Positions 8,410 to 18,700 of a stretch of DNA of 64,000 bases are shown piece after piece. The DNA comes from a virus. Lineage: Duplodnaviria; Caudoviricetes. Location of the stretch: IMG/VR virus record IMGVR_UViG_3300035208_002115. The stretch is one strand, 5' to 3'. Every line of letters begins with the position of its first letter. Within the stretch, counting starts at the first letter, position 1. Both the position numbers and the translations under genes were made by a program. The notes beneath the pieces were generated by a model. The model made no database searches and was not told the origin of the DNA. It saw only the letters and a program-made list of their open reading frames with translations.

Positions 8410-8724
8410 TTATTTTAGAATATCTTCTATCTTTGCTTTTCTTGTTGCATTTTTATCCAAAATAAAACGTTCGGCTATGAAAATTTTATCTGGGAATTCT
8501 TTTAAACTTATGATTTGAGGTGTATCAAGATGTTTATTATTGGATAATATTCTTATTTCAAATGCTTTTAATATTTCATCATCACAAGAACAATCTCGTA
8601 ATACTGTATAATTATCACACCATGACAAACACTTATAATCATCATATATTACATAGAAACGATTTTCAGCATAACCAGCCATAGTAGAAAATGTTATTAT
8701 ATCACCAACTTTAAATTCTTGCAT
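8410..8724 (-). CDS. SH3/KOW-like small protein with RxxKI tag
   Basis: FKVGDII...AERFIL...RKAKIEDILK. Confidence 0.7.
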   Translation of the reverse strand: MQEFKVGDIITFSTMAGYAENRFYVIYDDYKCLSWCDNYTVLRDCSCDDEILKAFEIRILSNNKHLDTPQIISLKEFPDKIFIAERFILDKNATRKAKIEDILK

Positions 8725-9038
8725 TATAATATATCTAAACTATTAATTTTTTTCTTTCTTGTTTCAGTCACATTTAATACAAATCTATCAGCTTTGAATA
8801 TATGTTTTGTAAAGAATGCGTTAATATCTACAACAAGTAATTCTTCTAAAGTGATAATTTCAAAAATAGCTACATCATGTATTTGTTTATGAATTGACAA
8901 TACTGTATAATTTTCACCCAAGGTTAATAAAACATAATTATCAGGTATTGGAATTTTATATTGATGTGTTACAGGATTATAAAAACCATGTTCTTCAGCA
9001 CAATCTATACATGTTACAACATCACCAATCTGAAACAT
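8724..9038 (-). CDS. SH3/KOW-like small protein with RxxKI tag
   Basis: Likely start MFQIGDVVTCID (9038); ADRFVL..RKKKINSLDIL. Confidence 0.7.
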   Translation of the reverse strand: MFQIGDVVTCIDCAEEHGFYNPVTHQYKIPIPDNYVLLTLGENYTVLSIHKQIHDVAIFEIITLEELLVVDINAFFTKHIFKADRFVLNVTETRKKKINSLDIL

Positions 9039-9042
9039 AAAA

Positions 9043-9219
9043 TTAAATTTTAATAACAAGCCAACCAATCACATACTCAGTGATAATTTCACCATCATCA
9101 GTTCGCCAGTCATGTCCATCAAATACTGCAATAACATATCCCAGATAGCAATAATCGGGACACTGAACAATACACGGGTCAGTCACGGGTTTTTTCGGAT
9201 TTAATAATTTAAATTTCAT
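9043..9219 (-). CDS. 58-aa hypothetical protein (not in ORF track)
   Basis: Manual translation MKFKLLNPKKPVTDPC...VIGWLVIKI*; fills the gap. Confidence 0.55.
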   Translation of the reverse strand: MKFKLLNPKKPVTDPCIVQCPDYCYLGYVIAVFDGHDWRTDDGEIITEYVIGWLVIKI

Positions 9220-9223
9220 AATT

Positions 9224-9445
9224 TTAATGCTTTATAATTTCATTTGCGTAAAATTCACAAACATATCTTTGATATTTTGGACGAACATAAATATAAAAAC
9301 CGTCAATACTAATTATTCTTCCGAGTATTGGACTTGGATTATTTTTTAAATCGAATGGAATATTTCCTATAATTTCTATTATATCACCAACTCTAAATCG
9401 AGGTCGGTATGGAATTATATTGACTAAATAAGAATCAATCTCCAT
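9224..9445 (-). CDS. SH3/KOW-like small protein
   Basis: FRVGDIIEI...GRIISIDG. Confidence 0.65.
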   Translation of the reverse strand: MEIDSYLVNIIPYRPRFRVGDIIEIIGNIPFDLKNNPSPILGRIISIDGFYIYVRPKYQRYVCEFYANEIIKH

Positions 9446-9653
9446 ACAAAATTTCTTTTATTTTAAGCATTCTCTGATGTTGTAATTGTAATTTTTTAGA
9501 ATTGTTAATCAAAAAGTCTGTTTCTTTTTTCATTATATCATATAAACAATAATGACAGACGTATTCTCCACGTCTTTTGACTAAATTATATTCTGTCCCA
9601 CAATTACAGCAAGTTTTCATATCATCGTTCTGTTTTACTCCCACATCTTTCAC
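9435..9653 (-). CDS. Zinc-finger protein with RxxKI tag
   Basis: CCNC...CHYC; RMLKIKEILYGD. Confidence 0.7.
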   Translation of the reverse strand: MKDVGVKQNDDMKTCCNCGTEYNLVKRRGEYVCHYCLYDIMKKETDFLINNSKKLQLQHQRMLKIKEILYGD

Positions 9654-9763
9654 AAAAATTTATTTCAATTAAATCACCTTCCCACGTTTCTTCCAAACCC
9701 CATTCATCATCATATTCGTGATATCCTAACCAAGATAATATATTACCTATTTTTCTTTTCATA

Positions 9764-9988
9764 TTATTGATAAGTTACAGAAACATACTTTACTGATTGT
9801 CCTTTATAATCGAATTCCCAGCGATTAATTACATATTCATGTTCGGCCTTAGATTTACCATAATACATCTCATATTTCTGTTCCCAGAAACCGTCTGGTT
9901 TTTGAAACCAAAATTTAACCTCATATGATTCTGAGTAGAGAACATGTTCGTTCTTCTTTATCTCATCGTATTTAAGTATTTTTCCCAT
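9764..9988 (-). CDS. Small protein with capsid-targeting-like leader
   Basis: MGKILKYDEIKKNE; AATATATA upstream. Confidence 0.65.
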   Translation of the reverse strand: MGKILKYDEIKKNEHVLYSESYEVKFWFQKPDGFWEQKYEMYYGKSKAEHEYVINRWEFDYKGQSVKYVSVTYQ

Positions 9989-10018
9989 AGACTTGTGTTT
10001 ATATCAAAGGAATATATA

Positions 10019-10261
10019 TTATTCCAAAATACCAAGACTCTTTATCTTTTTTTTCCTAAGATTTGGTATAAGTTGTTTATGACAATCTGGACAAAAAACA
10101 CCTGATTCTATTTCAACATATTGCATGAGTTCAAAATGATTTAGTGGTGTGTCACAGTATTTACATCTCCAATTTCTATCCAATGACGATAATGTCATAT
10201 TCTTACCGTAATCTGGTAATTCATTAACTCGCCAACTATGGTCACCAAGTCTACTCATCAA
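10019..10261 (-). CDS. Zinc-ribbon protein with RxxKI tag
   Basis: CKYC...CPDC; RKKKIKSLGILE. Confidence 0.7.
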   Translation of the reverse strand: MMSRLGDHSWRVNELPDYGKNMTLSSLDRNWRCKYCDTPLNHFELMQYVEIESGVFCPDCHKQLIPNLRKKKIKSLGILE

Positions 10262-10466
10262 AAAGTTCTTTAAGTTTTAAATATCTTTCGTGTAATTTTG
10301 TGAGTGTTGCACTAAAAATTGTCCAACCATTATTATAATAAATAAACATGGTTTGTGTATGCAATTCATAATACACATCATATTCTTGTGGAAAATCTGG
10401 TTTATGATGATGCCATTTAAAGCCACCATTATCAAGAAGTGAATCAATATGATTTTTATTACCCAT
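10251..10466 (-). CDS. Small protein with RxxKL tag
   Basis: ERYLKLKELFDE. Confidence 0.7.
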   Translation of the reverse strand: MGNKNHIDSLLDNGGFKWHHHKPDFPQEYDVYYELHTQTMFIYYNNGWTIFSATLTKLHERYLKLKELFDE

Positions 10467-10752
10467 TAAATCCAGTTATCCTTGTGTATTTCTGTTGATA
10501 CCTGATAGAAATTGCCTTATATTTTATGTAGTCCGTACCACTCTCATATTCCCAATAAGCACCACCAGCATTTTTTATTTTACCAATACAAGCTTCGTAG
10601 ATTAAATGATAGCTGGTGTTAACAATCTGTTCAGCTTCAATTATAGTGTTAAACCTTATAGACTTGTCCTTAAAATGTGCTATTACAGGCACATTATATT
10701 TTCGCTGTTTTTTAACTGCGACAGTTTTTGAATTAATAACTTTACTTTTCAT
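10459..10752 (-). CDS. NUMOD1-like DNA-binding protein
   Basis: RFNTIIEAE...IYEACIGKIKNAGGAYWEY. Confidence 0.65.
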   Translation of the reverse strand: MKSKVINSKTVAVKKQRKYNVPVIAHFKDKSIRFNTIIEAEQIVNTSYHLIYEACIGKIKNAGGAYWEYESGTDYIKYKAISIRYQQKYTRITGFNG

Positions 10753-10775
10753 ATAATATTCATTTACTCTATATA

Positions 10776-11042
10776 TTACAAATCATCAAAAATGTTTAAT
10801 AATTTTTGTTTGCGAAATTTGACTAATGAAATAAAATGTTTTTTACTATGAAAATTACTGGTTTCTTCTAACATAACTATATTTTCTAACGCATTATATG
10901 TTACATCGGGATTATCTTCTTCACTAAAATCAACTCTAATTGTGTATATTTCATGTAATTTAATATATTTATTAGGTTTATCTTTGTCCCGTTCTTCTTC
11001 TTCTTTTATACAAACTACTTTATCACCAACTTTATATTTCAT
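10776..11042 (-). CDS. SH3/KOW-like paralog with RxxKL tag
   Basis: YKVGDKVVCI...KHFISL..FRKQKLLNIFDDL. Confidence 0.75.
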   Translation of the reverse strand: MKYKVGDKVVCIKEEEERDKDKPNKYIKLHEIYTIRVDFSEEDNPDVTYNALENIVMLEETSNFHSKKHFISLVKFRKQKLLNIFDDL

Positions 11043-11269
11043 TTTAGAATTTCATTTATTTTCAATTTCCTAAATTCTTCCATAGTAATAAATCGTTCTT
11101 TAGAACAAATATCATTTACACCATGAAGAAACAATCCAGTAATCTCAATATCACGAAAATTAAACAATATATTTGTATCTACTGTGTAAATTTTATACAA
11201 TTCCAACGACATTTCACCATAAAATTTTGGTTCAATACAAACTATTTTATCCCCCTCATTAAAAATCAT
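11039..11269 (-). CDS. SH3/KOW-like paralog with RxxKI tag
   Basis: FNEGDKIVCI...ERFITMEEFRKLKINEILK. Confidence 0.75.
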   Translation of the reverse strand: MIFNEGDKIVCIEPKFYGEMSLELYKIYTVDTNILFNFRDIEITGLFLHGVNDICSKERFITMEEFRKLKINEILK

Positions 11270-11534
11270 TTAATATATTCTTTATTTTCTGCATTCTGAA
11301 TTCATTAATTGAAATAAAATGTTCTTTACACCATAAACTACTTTGATATCTTATCGAATTATTATGTGTATATTTCGCTTTTATGGTTAAACATCCAGCT
11401 ATAACACCTTCAACTATATAAATCTTATTTAATTCCAATTCTATTTCTGGTATAGAATCAGATAATTTACAAGCATCAACAGAAACTACTTTATCACCTT
11501 TTTTAAAAATCATATAAACAATCTTTTCCACCAA
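11259..11534 (-). CDS. SH3/KOW-like paralog with RxxKI tag
   Basis: FKKGDKVVSV...EHFISINEFRMQKIKNILNDF; start probably 11513. Confidence 0.75.
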   Translation of the reverse strand: MVEKIVYMIFKKGDKVVSVDACKLSDSIPEIELELNKIYIVEGVIAGCLTIKAKYTHNNSIRYQSSLWCKEHFISINEFRMQKIKNILNDF

Positions 11535-11731
11535 GGTAATAAAAACTTATCACCCAGTTTATTGTTTATTCGAATGATAGAACTCCTATAATCACAGTTT
11601 ATATCTAAACAATCAAAAGAATGTTCATCCGCTATGTGTAACATACATCCCAAACTTTCTCTCATGATTCTACCCCTTGGAGTTTTAATCAAACTTTCTT
11701 TCTTACATTTCGGACATTTTTCTAAACTCAT
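11510..11731 (-). CDS. Zinc-ribbon protein
   Basis: CPKC...CLDINC. Confidence 0.65.
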   Translation of the reverse strand: MSLEKCPKCKKESLIKTPRGRIMRESLGCMLHIADEHSFDCLDINCDYRSSIIRINNKLGDKFLLPWWKRLFI

Positions 11732-11736
11732 AATTA

Positions 11737-12864
11737 TTACTTTTTAAAATCTTCTTTATCAACACTCACATGCCACACTTTAAAATACTTTTCATAAATA
11801 TCGAATATATCATCATATTTAATATTATCAATATAATTTTCAACATTCCAGTTTTCAGGCATATAACAATGTTCTACATTCTTATATCTTTCTATTTTTT
11901 CCCTTTTAAACTTAGTCATCAGAGAATCTTTAACAACATCAAAACGTTCTGTTGTTAAATATTTTTTTGGATTGTTTAATATCTCATCTAATGTTTCCGT
12001 TAATTCTTTAACATTATTATTAGAGGTTAATGTATGAATATACATGAACCCACAAGAATCCGTCATTTTTTCTATATCACTCTGAACAAAATAAACCAAT
12101 CCACGTTTCTCTCGTAATTCAGAATATAATGGAGATTGTAGTCCAAACCCAAGCATTTTTAAAATGAATGTTACTTGGTAAAAATCATCCAATAAAACAT
12201 TTGAAAAATAAATAATAGATGTTTTTTCTTTAAATGTGTTAGATTTCTGACGAATAAAACTTTTATTATTCAATATTAAATCATAATAAGTATAATACTT
12301 ATCAGCATCTTCAGCAAATTTTATATTTTTATTTTCATATTTCTTACTTTTGGAAACATTGATTATTAAACTTGGATACTTAAATTGTATTTCAAAATAA
12401 TTCTTACAATCTTCATACGTAAGTTTCTTTAAATCAGATAAATCACCAATCGGGCCATAATTATCAAAATATTTTCTGGTTAAATTATAAAAATGGGCAA
12501 CTGGTTGTTCATTGAAGGTATCTCGATATTCTTCAATAACTATTTTCTTTTCATTCTCATATTCTTCTTTAGTAATATTAAACACTGATAAACGGTCAAT
12601 TATTTTATCTCTATATTTATCAAGTTTTTCTTCGAGACCTTGGAATTCAAATGTTATAATATCATTAGTAGTAAATGCATTCCATTCGATATCATCCCTA
12701 CTAAAATCGTCAAAAAACTCATCAACACCTTTACAAACTAAATGTTCCATTAGATGACTTATACCCCGTATACCTTGTTTCTCATTTAAGGTTGAGCCAC
12801 GATGTACTATATAAAAACCTGATAAATCCGTTTCATTTGGCAAATTAATAATTTGATTTTTCAT
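11737..12864 (-). CDS. M16 family zinc peptidase
   Basis: GSTLNE..GISHLMEHL (HxxEH), NAFT, EKKIVIEE, SPLYSELREKRGLVY. Confidence 0.9.
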   Translation of the reverse strand: MKNQIINLPNETDLSGFYIVHRGSTLNEKQGIRGISHLMEHLVCKGVDEFFDDFSRDDIEWNAFTTNDIITFEFQGLEEKLDKYRDKIIDRLSVFNITKEEYENEKKIVIEEYRDTFNEQPVAHFYNLTRKYFDNYGPIGDLSDLKKLTYEDCKNYFEIQFKYPSLIINVSKSKKYENKNIKFAEDADKYYTYYDLILNNKSFIRQKSNTFKEKTSIIYFSNVLLDDFYQVTFILKMLGFGLQSPLYSELREKRGLVYFVQSDIEKMTDSCGFMYIHTLTSNNNVKELTETLDEILNNPKKYLTTERFDVVKDSLMTKFKREKIERYKNVEHCYMPENWNVENYIDNIKYDDIFDIYEKYFKVWHVSVDKEDFKK

Positions 12865-12882
12865 TAAAAATATCTTTATTTT

Positions 12883-13128
12883 TTAAACATTATTAATGTT
12901 TAGATTTTCATCAACAGTACCATTATCATTGAGCCTAATTATTTCATTGACTATTTGCATGTTTACACCATGATGACCTTTATATTCCTCTCTTAACTCA
13001 TTTATATCATCACAATAAACTGGATAATCGTCATAATCAAACGTATCACATACTGAAATTATGAATTTAGAACCGTGAGCTTTAGCGGTTTCAATCCATC
13101 TGTCCACATCTTCTCTTGTTGCTGCCAT
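12883..13128 (-). CDS. Hypothetical phage protein
   Basis: VCDTFDYDDYPVY motif. Confidence 0.7.
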   Translation of the reverse strand: MAATREDVDRWIETAKAHGSKFIISVCDTFDYDDYPVYCDDINELREEYKGHHGVNMQIVNEIIRLNDNGTVDENLNINNV

Positions 13129-13139
13129 TTTTTGTATTT

Positions 13140-13730
13140 TTATTTTAATATATCTCCGAAAATTTCTATTATTTTTTCTTTTCTGAGAATTCCTTTCATA
13201 TTCACGAAATCATTTAATGTTAAATAATGTAATATTAAATTTTTATTATTTAATATATTATTATATATTCTCTTAATTTCAATGAATTTTTTATCTTCCT
13301 TTGTTTCTAAAAAAACACATTTAACATTATTATCATATAATGGTTTAATATCATCTGGGAATTTATATTTAGAAGAAAAATTATCGAATATAAATATTGA
13401 TATCCCTAAATTTTTATATCCATATAATATTTCATTATATTTATCTGTTATATAAATGGTATTACCATTATTCCTGATAACATTTTTTCTATAAGTTACC
13501 CAGCCATACCAATCAATATATCTTTTACATAAAATTTCATCACTCTGTCTTCCATCAGGTGTGAGATATACGCCATTGGTTTTATTATCACTACAAAATT
13601 TAAGTATATAATTTATACCACAGGTAGTCATACCAACTTGTCTTGGTGTGAAGAACCAATGATTCCCATTTGTTACAACGTTTATAAAATATTGGTAAAA
13701 ATCTGTATATGATATGTTTATATCGTCCAT
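13140..13730 (-). CDS. Degenerate terminase-ATPase-like P-loop protein with RxxKI tag
   Basis: TPRQVGMTT (cf. terminase RQxGKT, Lys replaced by Met), FIFDNF (Walker B DE replaced by DN); ends RKEKIIEIFGD. Confidence 0.55.
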   Translation of the reverse strand: MDDINISYTDFYQYFINVVTNGNHWFFTPRQVGMTTCGINYILKFCSDNKTNGVYLTPDGRQSDEILCKRYIDWYGWVTYRKNVIRNNGNTIYITDKYNEILYGYKNLGISIFIFDNFSSKYKFPDDIKPLYDNNVKCVFLETKEDKKFIEIKRIYNNILNNKNLILHYLTLNDFVNMKGILRKEKIIEIFGDILK

Positions 13731-13739
13731 ATTAAAACA

Positions 13740-13770
13740 AAAAGGTTCTCTTTTTAAGGGAGAACCTTTT
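13740..13770 (-). terminator. Intrinsic terminator
   Basis: aaaaggttctc...gagaacctttt inverted repeat just after the 13775-13906 ORF. Confidence 0.75.
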
Positions 13771-13774
13771 CATA

Positions 13775-13906
13775 TTATTTCTTTTTCCCCTTTTTAGAAG
13801 CTAATTTTCCCTTTAAGTTATTAGCTTTTTTAGGATTGGTTTTTTCAAACTCTTTGATGTTGTGTTCCAACTTCTTAATCTGTTTTTCTTTTTTGTCTTT
13901 TCCCAT
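13775..13906 (-). CDS. 43-aa lysine-rich microprotein (not in ORF track)
   Basis: MGKDKKEKQIKKLEHNIKEFEKTNPKKANNLKGKLASKKGKKK*; AATATATA at 13925-13932 and its own terminator. Confidence 0.7.
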   Translation of the reverse strand: MGKDKKEKQIKKLEHNIKEFEKTNPKKANNLKGKLASKKGKKK

Positions 13907-13937
13907 TTTAATGAATTTTTATTGTATATATTTAAAA

Positions 13938-14225
13938 TTAATGATTTCCTAATACTTTCTTAATTAGTTCCTCCCTTGTGTGAAATACAAACTCGGCATC
14001 AATCTCAATTTTTCTTCCAAATTCTCCAGCAGTTTCAACAATATCATATGATGTTATAAATACACCACCGAATTGACCATGACAAGAAAATCCACTTATT
14101 TTACCATTGTGTATAGTATTATTATCCATAAAATATACTTCATCACCCCAACTATATGGTAAAGTTATTACAATAGGTTCTTTTTTTAATTCATTTACAT
14201 TTGGTGTTTTTATATCTTCTTCCAT
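13938..14225 (-). CDS. Hypothetical protein (SH3-like)
   Basis: LPYSWGDEVYF...VFHTREEL. Confidence 0.65.
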   Translation of the reverse strand: MEEDIKTPNVNELKKEPIVITLPYSWGDEVYFMDNNTIHNGKISGFSCHGQFGGVFITSYDIVETAGEFGRKIEIDAEFVFHTREELIKKVLGNH

Positions 14226-14234
14226 ATAATATAT

Positions 14235-14792
14235 TTATTTTTTATGTTCATAATTATCTATTACCTTTCTTATTGTAATGGTATACCCAAACATACTTAA
14301 AACTTCTAATAATTTATTTAAAATTATATTAGATTTACCTTGTTCTATCTTTCTTAATACAATAAATGCAATCCCTGTTTTATTTGCGAAAACTTCTTGG
14401 GTAAGACCAGTTAATTTTCTTCTTTCAGAAATAAATCGACCAATTTCAAAATATCCGTTTGAATTGTCAACCTTTATTAAATCATCTAAATCTGGTCGTA
14501 TAGTTGCAGGGAGTATTAAATTTTCATTTAAAAGAATGCACCCTTCTTCAATACATTTGCTAATCCAAAATTTTTCACGAATACCAATATCCAAGTAATC
14601 TTGAACTACTTCTAAGATTTCAATAACTGGTTTATGATTTAATATTTTTAAATCATTCACCCACTCTTTAATTTTATTAGAATGAGAATTTGATAAATGT
14701 TCCATTGGTCTTAACATCCCCCGTGTTGATTTACCAATATAATGTATTCTATTAGTGACAGGACATTTTAAGCAATATATTATTTTTTCCAT
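14235..14792 (-). CDS. GIY-YIG nuclease-like domain fused to XRE helix-turn-helix
   Basis: Likely start MEKIIYCLKCP; IHYIGKS..R...REKFWI...N; C-terminal RRKLTGLTQEVFA..GI....RKIEQG. Confidence 0.75.
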   Translation of the reverse strand: MEKIIYCLKCPVTNRIHYIGKSTRGMLRPMEHLSNSHSNKIKEWVNDLKILNHKPVIEILEVVQDYLDIGIREKFWISKCIEEGCILLNENLILPATIRPDLDDLIKVDNSNGYFEIGRFISERRKLTGLTQEVFANKTGIAFIVLRKIEQGKSNIILNKLLEVLSMFGYTITIRKVIDNYEHKK

Positions 14793-14844
14793 AAAAATAT
14801 TTAGGTCTTCTGACTCCCTGAATTTTTTGATTATGTCTAATGTA

Positions 14845-15285
14845 TCATTCAATATTTTTTTCATTGAATAATTTTTCCAATTTAAGAAGTCTTTCACCTT
14901 GAATACCGATGTCAGATATCATCTCGTCAAACGCTTGTTTTTTTAATTTTTTATACACATCCTCAGAACTATAATCAAAATGAGACCTAACTACGGCCTC
15001 TAATGCAACAGATAATACTTCTGATTTTACTATTTTAATTTCTTCACCCAACTCATTATACCAAAATATACCATTTTCTTTAATAACTAATTTCACATTA
15101 TCTTTTATACTGAAAATTATTTGATTTTTTTCACATAAAATAGGTGCGCCAATATTTATTTGGTCGTCTACATATGACTTAGTGACGGGTGATGAAAATA
15201 AAGCGTTTGATGCTAATAATCCTGAAATTCCACCCCAGTCTTCCACACATTCATTATACCAATTTTCAAATGAATTTTCACTCAT
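14845..15285 (-). CDS. Hypothetical protein with RxxKL tag
   Basis: ERLLKLEKLFNE. Confidence 0.7.
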   Translation of the reverse strand: MSENSFENWYNECVEDWGGISGLLASNALFSSPVTKSYVDDQINIGAPILCEKNQIIFSIKDNVKLVIKENGIFWYNELGEEIKIVKSEVLSVALEAVVRSHFDYSSEDVYKKLKKQAFDEMISDIGIQGERLLKLEKLFNEKNIE

Positions 15286-15356
15286 ATTTCGAAAGTAATT
15301 ATAATTACTATAATGTATAAAATTAATAAAGAAAAGTTTTAATTTTTATGAAAAAT

Positions 15357-15737
15357 TTATTCCTTTGTAATGTGATACATATTACTGACAAAAGGATTTA
15401 TTTCTCTATTCATCCAAACTGTTCGTTCAGGATATATTTTTATTATACTATTATTAAAACATTCTCTAACTACTTCTTTTATTAATGCACGGCTTTCATA
15501 TTCATTGAGATTATATTTTTTTTCTATAACATGTTGTAAGTTTTCTAAACTATACATCAAATAATTTTCTTCTTTGACATAATTGAAATAAACTTTATCA
15601 TCTATTTTAAAAATAGATATGTTTTTATCATATTTAGATTCGCTTATTTTTAATTTTTTAATAATATTCCAGATAAAAGTTCTCGGACTTCTGGCTTCCT
15701 GAATCTTATAAATAATATCAAGTATATCTTCTTCCAT
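15357..15737 (-). CDS. Hypothetical protein
   Basis: ORF track; coupled to the upstream SbcD-SbcC gene. Confidence 0.7.
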   Translation of the reverse strand: MEEDILDIIYKIQEARSPRTFIWNIIKKLKISESKYDKNISIFKIDDKVYFNYVKEENYLMYSLENLQHVIEKKYNLNEYESRALIKEVVRECFNNSIIKIYPERTVWMNREINPFVSNMYHITKE

Positions 15738-18700
15738 TACACAAGAGTCAAAGTGGATACACCTTCTTCATCCTTTGCAACTTCTATTAATGCATCATAA
15801 GGTATTGGATGATTATGTTCAATAATAATCAACTTACCTATATTCTTTGAAATATCAGTTAAAAATTCAATAAACTGGTCTACTGAATTATTTAACAGTT
15901 TACCCATGATTTCATCAAAAATAATAAAATCGCATTTGCTATTAGTATTAATTTTTCGCAGTGCAATCTTTAATGCAACGGCAATAAAAGTTCTTTCCTT
16001 ACCAGAAGATTCAATCGCATTCTGGGAAACATCCAAACGATTTTTTGTGGATAATCTAAGTTTTAATTCATCATCGAAAAATACAGTGAAATCAACATTG
16101 GTTAATAAATTATTTAAATCGGTATTTAACAATTCAATAGATTTCTTTAATAAGAACGTTGGTATACCATCACGATGAACAGCTTTTAAATATGCATTAC
16201 TTATTTCATCTTTACGAATCTGTTCTTTATATTTTTCTATATTTTTCTCAATATTACTAATATTAAGTTCAACCAAAGGTATGTCTTTTATTACATCATC
16301 TCTCTGTGTATTGAAACTTTCAATAATAACATCATCAGCAGCCATTTTTTCTTCGATAGCATCTATTAACAATTGAATAGATTCATTTTCAAGTATATTA
16401 CCTTTCTGGCTGTTATATTTATCAATTAACATCTTATCATTTTTTGTTTTTAATGATAAATTGTCATTTTCTAATGCCAGTTTTTCTTTGGTATTTACTT
16501 TATCTTTTCGGCTTTCAAAGTTTTCCTTTGTTATTTTTAATTTTTCAACTTCTTCTTTTAGTGTATTAGATTCAGTGGTCAACTTTACACCTTCTTCAGT
16601 TTTTGTATTTTTAGAGGCGGTTAATTCGGTTAATTTAGTACGATAAGTGTTTTCGTTATCTTTGATTGATTTAATTTTCTGTTGAATATCATCAAACGAC
16701 TCCAGTAAATTCTGGTTTAATAATTCGATGTCAGTATTATGTTTTTTAATTATTTCTTCATTTTTATTTATAAACAATAATGCATTATCATATTCAACTT
16801 TCAATACTTCATCATCTTCGAAGTTCTTGTTCTTTATTTTTTCTGATTTTTCAAGGATATATTTACTCTTATCACGATAAGGTTTTTTATTTGTTTCCAG
16901 AAGATTATATTGGTCTTGTAATTTAGTTAAATCTTCTTTGATTTTATTAACACGTTCCCTAATATGCTCAATATGTTCAGGTTCAAGACTATCTAATGGT
17001 CTACCACAGGTAATACAATTTTTGGAATTTTCCAAATCAGATATTTCATCTTTTAATTTGGTAGCGTTTTCTTTAAGTGAATCCTGTTTAGTAGTAAGGT
17101 TTTGAATCTCATTACCACAAGTTTGTAATTCAGCTTTCAAATCAGCCATGTTATCTTTTACTAACTGTATAACATCTTTTTTCTTATTTTCGATGTTGTT
17201 AGTAATTTTTGCAATCTCTGTATTTATTTCAGTTACCTTTTCCTTAACAATATTTGAAATTTTCTCATCAATTTGTGAAAGATTAGTTTCATATGTTTTT
17301 ATAGAAGAACCCAATTCTGTCACCTCTATTCGAAGTGTAGTTATTTTATTTTTTTTATCATCATAATCAGCCGATTTTTTATTGAAAGACTCGTGGTCAA
17401 ATGTGGACGGTAAACCAGTTATTTCAGTATCTATTTTAATTATAGAATCTTTGTTTTCCTGAATTTTGGTATTGTTGAAAACAATATTTTTATTTAATGT
17501 TTCAATATTGATGCCCTGAAGGTCTTCATCAACTTTATGAAGTTCCTTAATTTTAGATTCTTTTTCTTTATTACGCTGGTCTTTAAATCCTTTAACTTCT
17601 ATTATTTTAGAATCAATTTCATCTTTAGACTTAGTTAATTCTGCTATCTGGTTATTATATGTTTCAATCTTAGTTTCTTCTTCAAGAACATTGATAGTAA
17701 CACGTTCATCTTTTTCTTCTTTCTGAATACTCTTGTATTCACTCATTTTCGTTTCGAAAATATCATATCCAGCATCTTTTATTAAACTATCTACAAAAAT
17801 ACTTCTATCAACAGACAATAAATCATTTAAATTATCGGCAGTTGTTAAAGCCAAACGGATGAAATCTTTAAAATTACCCAGAGCATCATTTATTAACTTT
17901 TGGGTATCCTTATCTTGTTCACCATTAATTAAATTTTCGGGTTTCATTTCAGTACCTCTATAAAATTCTAATATAGAATTTATAGAACCTATACCATCTG
18001 CTTTATTTCTTTTCCACTTTCTTTCGGTTTTTCTAAACATAGTGTATTTTTCACCATTTATATTTAAAACCGAACCACCCTTACAATAATCCAAATCCCT
18101 TTTATTATTTATAAATCTATTGTCTCCAAATTTTTCCTCTTTAGTGGTAGATGTAGTTATACCATATAAAATATATGTTATTGCATCCAATATAGTTGTT
18201 TTTCCTTGTTGATTTTCACCATGAATCTGAATAATACCATTTATATAATTCCAGTCAATAATATTACCATCGCCATACGATTTGAAATTATCAAACCAAA
18301 AACTTTCAATTCTCCATTCAATTTGAACACGCTCACTATTAACATCCAGTCTCGAATTAACTAAATCGTCAATTTTTAAAACTTCTTTTATAAAATCAAC
18401 ATCATATCCATTCGCTTTAAGATATTCTTCAAATATGGCTCTTTGTACAGATAAATCGTTTACATTTATACCTTCATTTACCATCTGAATATCGGAAATG
18501 TTAGTATAAATAGGAAAACGTTCCACTACTAATTTATCCAGACCATATTTTTCCTTAATATACTTCCGAATCTTTATTTCATTATCACGATTAACATTAG
18601 CTTTTATATCTCGCCACTTAACTTTGATTTCTGGCTCAGATTTGATATATTTTGAGCTTAAATTGAGGTTGTCGTAATCCGTATTTTCACTTAATTCAAA

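Noticed and set aside
13938-14225. C-terminus REELIKKVL as another tag instance
   Set aside because: Lacks the invariant Lys at +3; not counted
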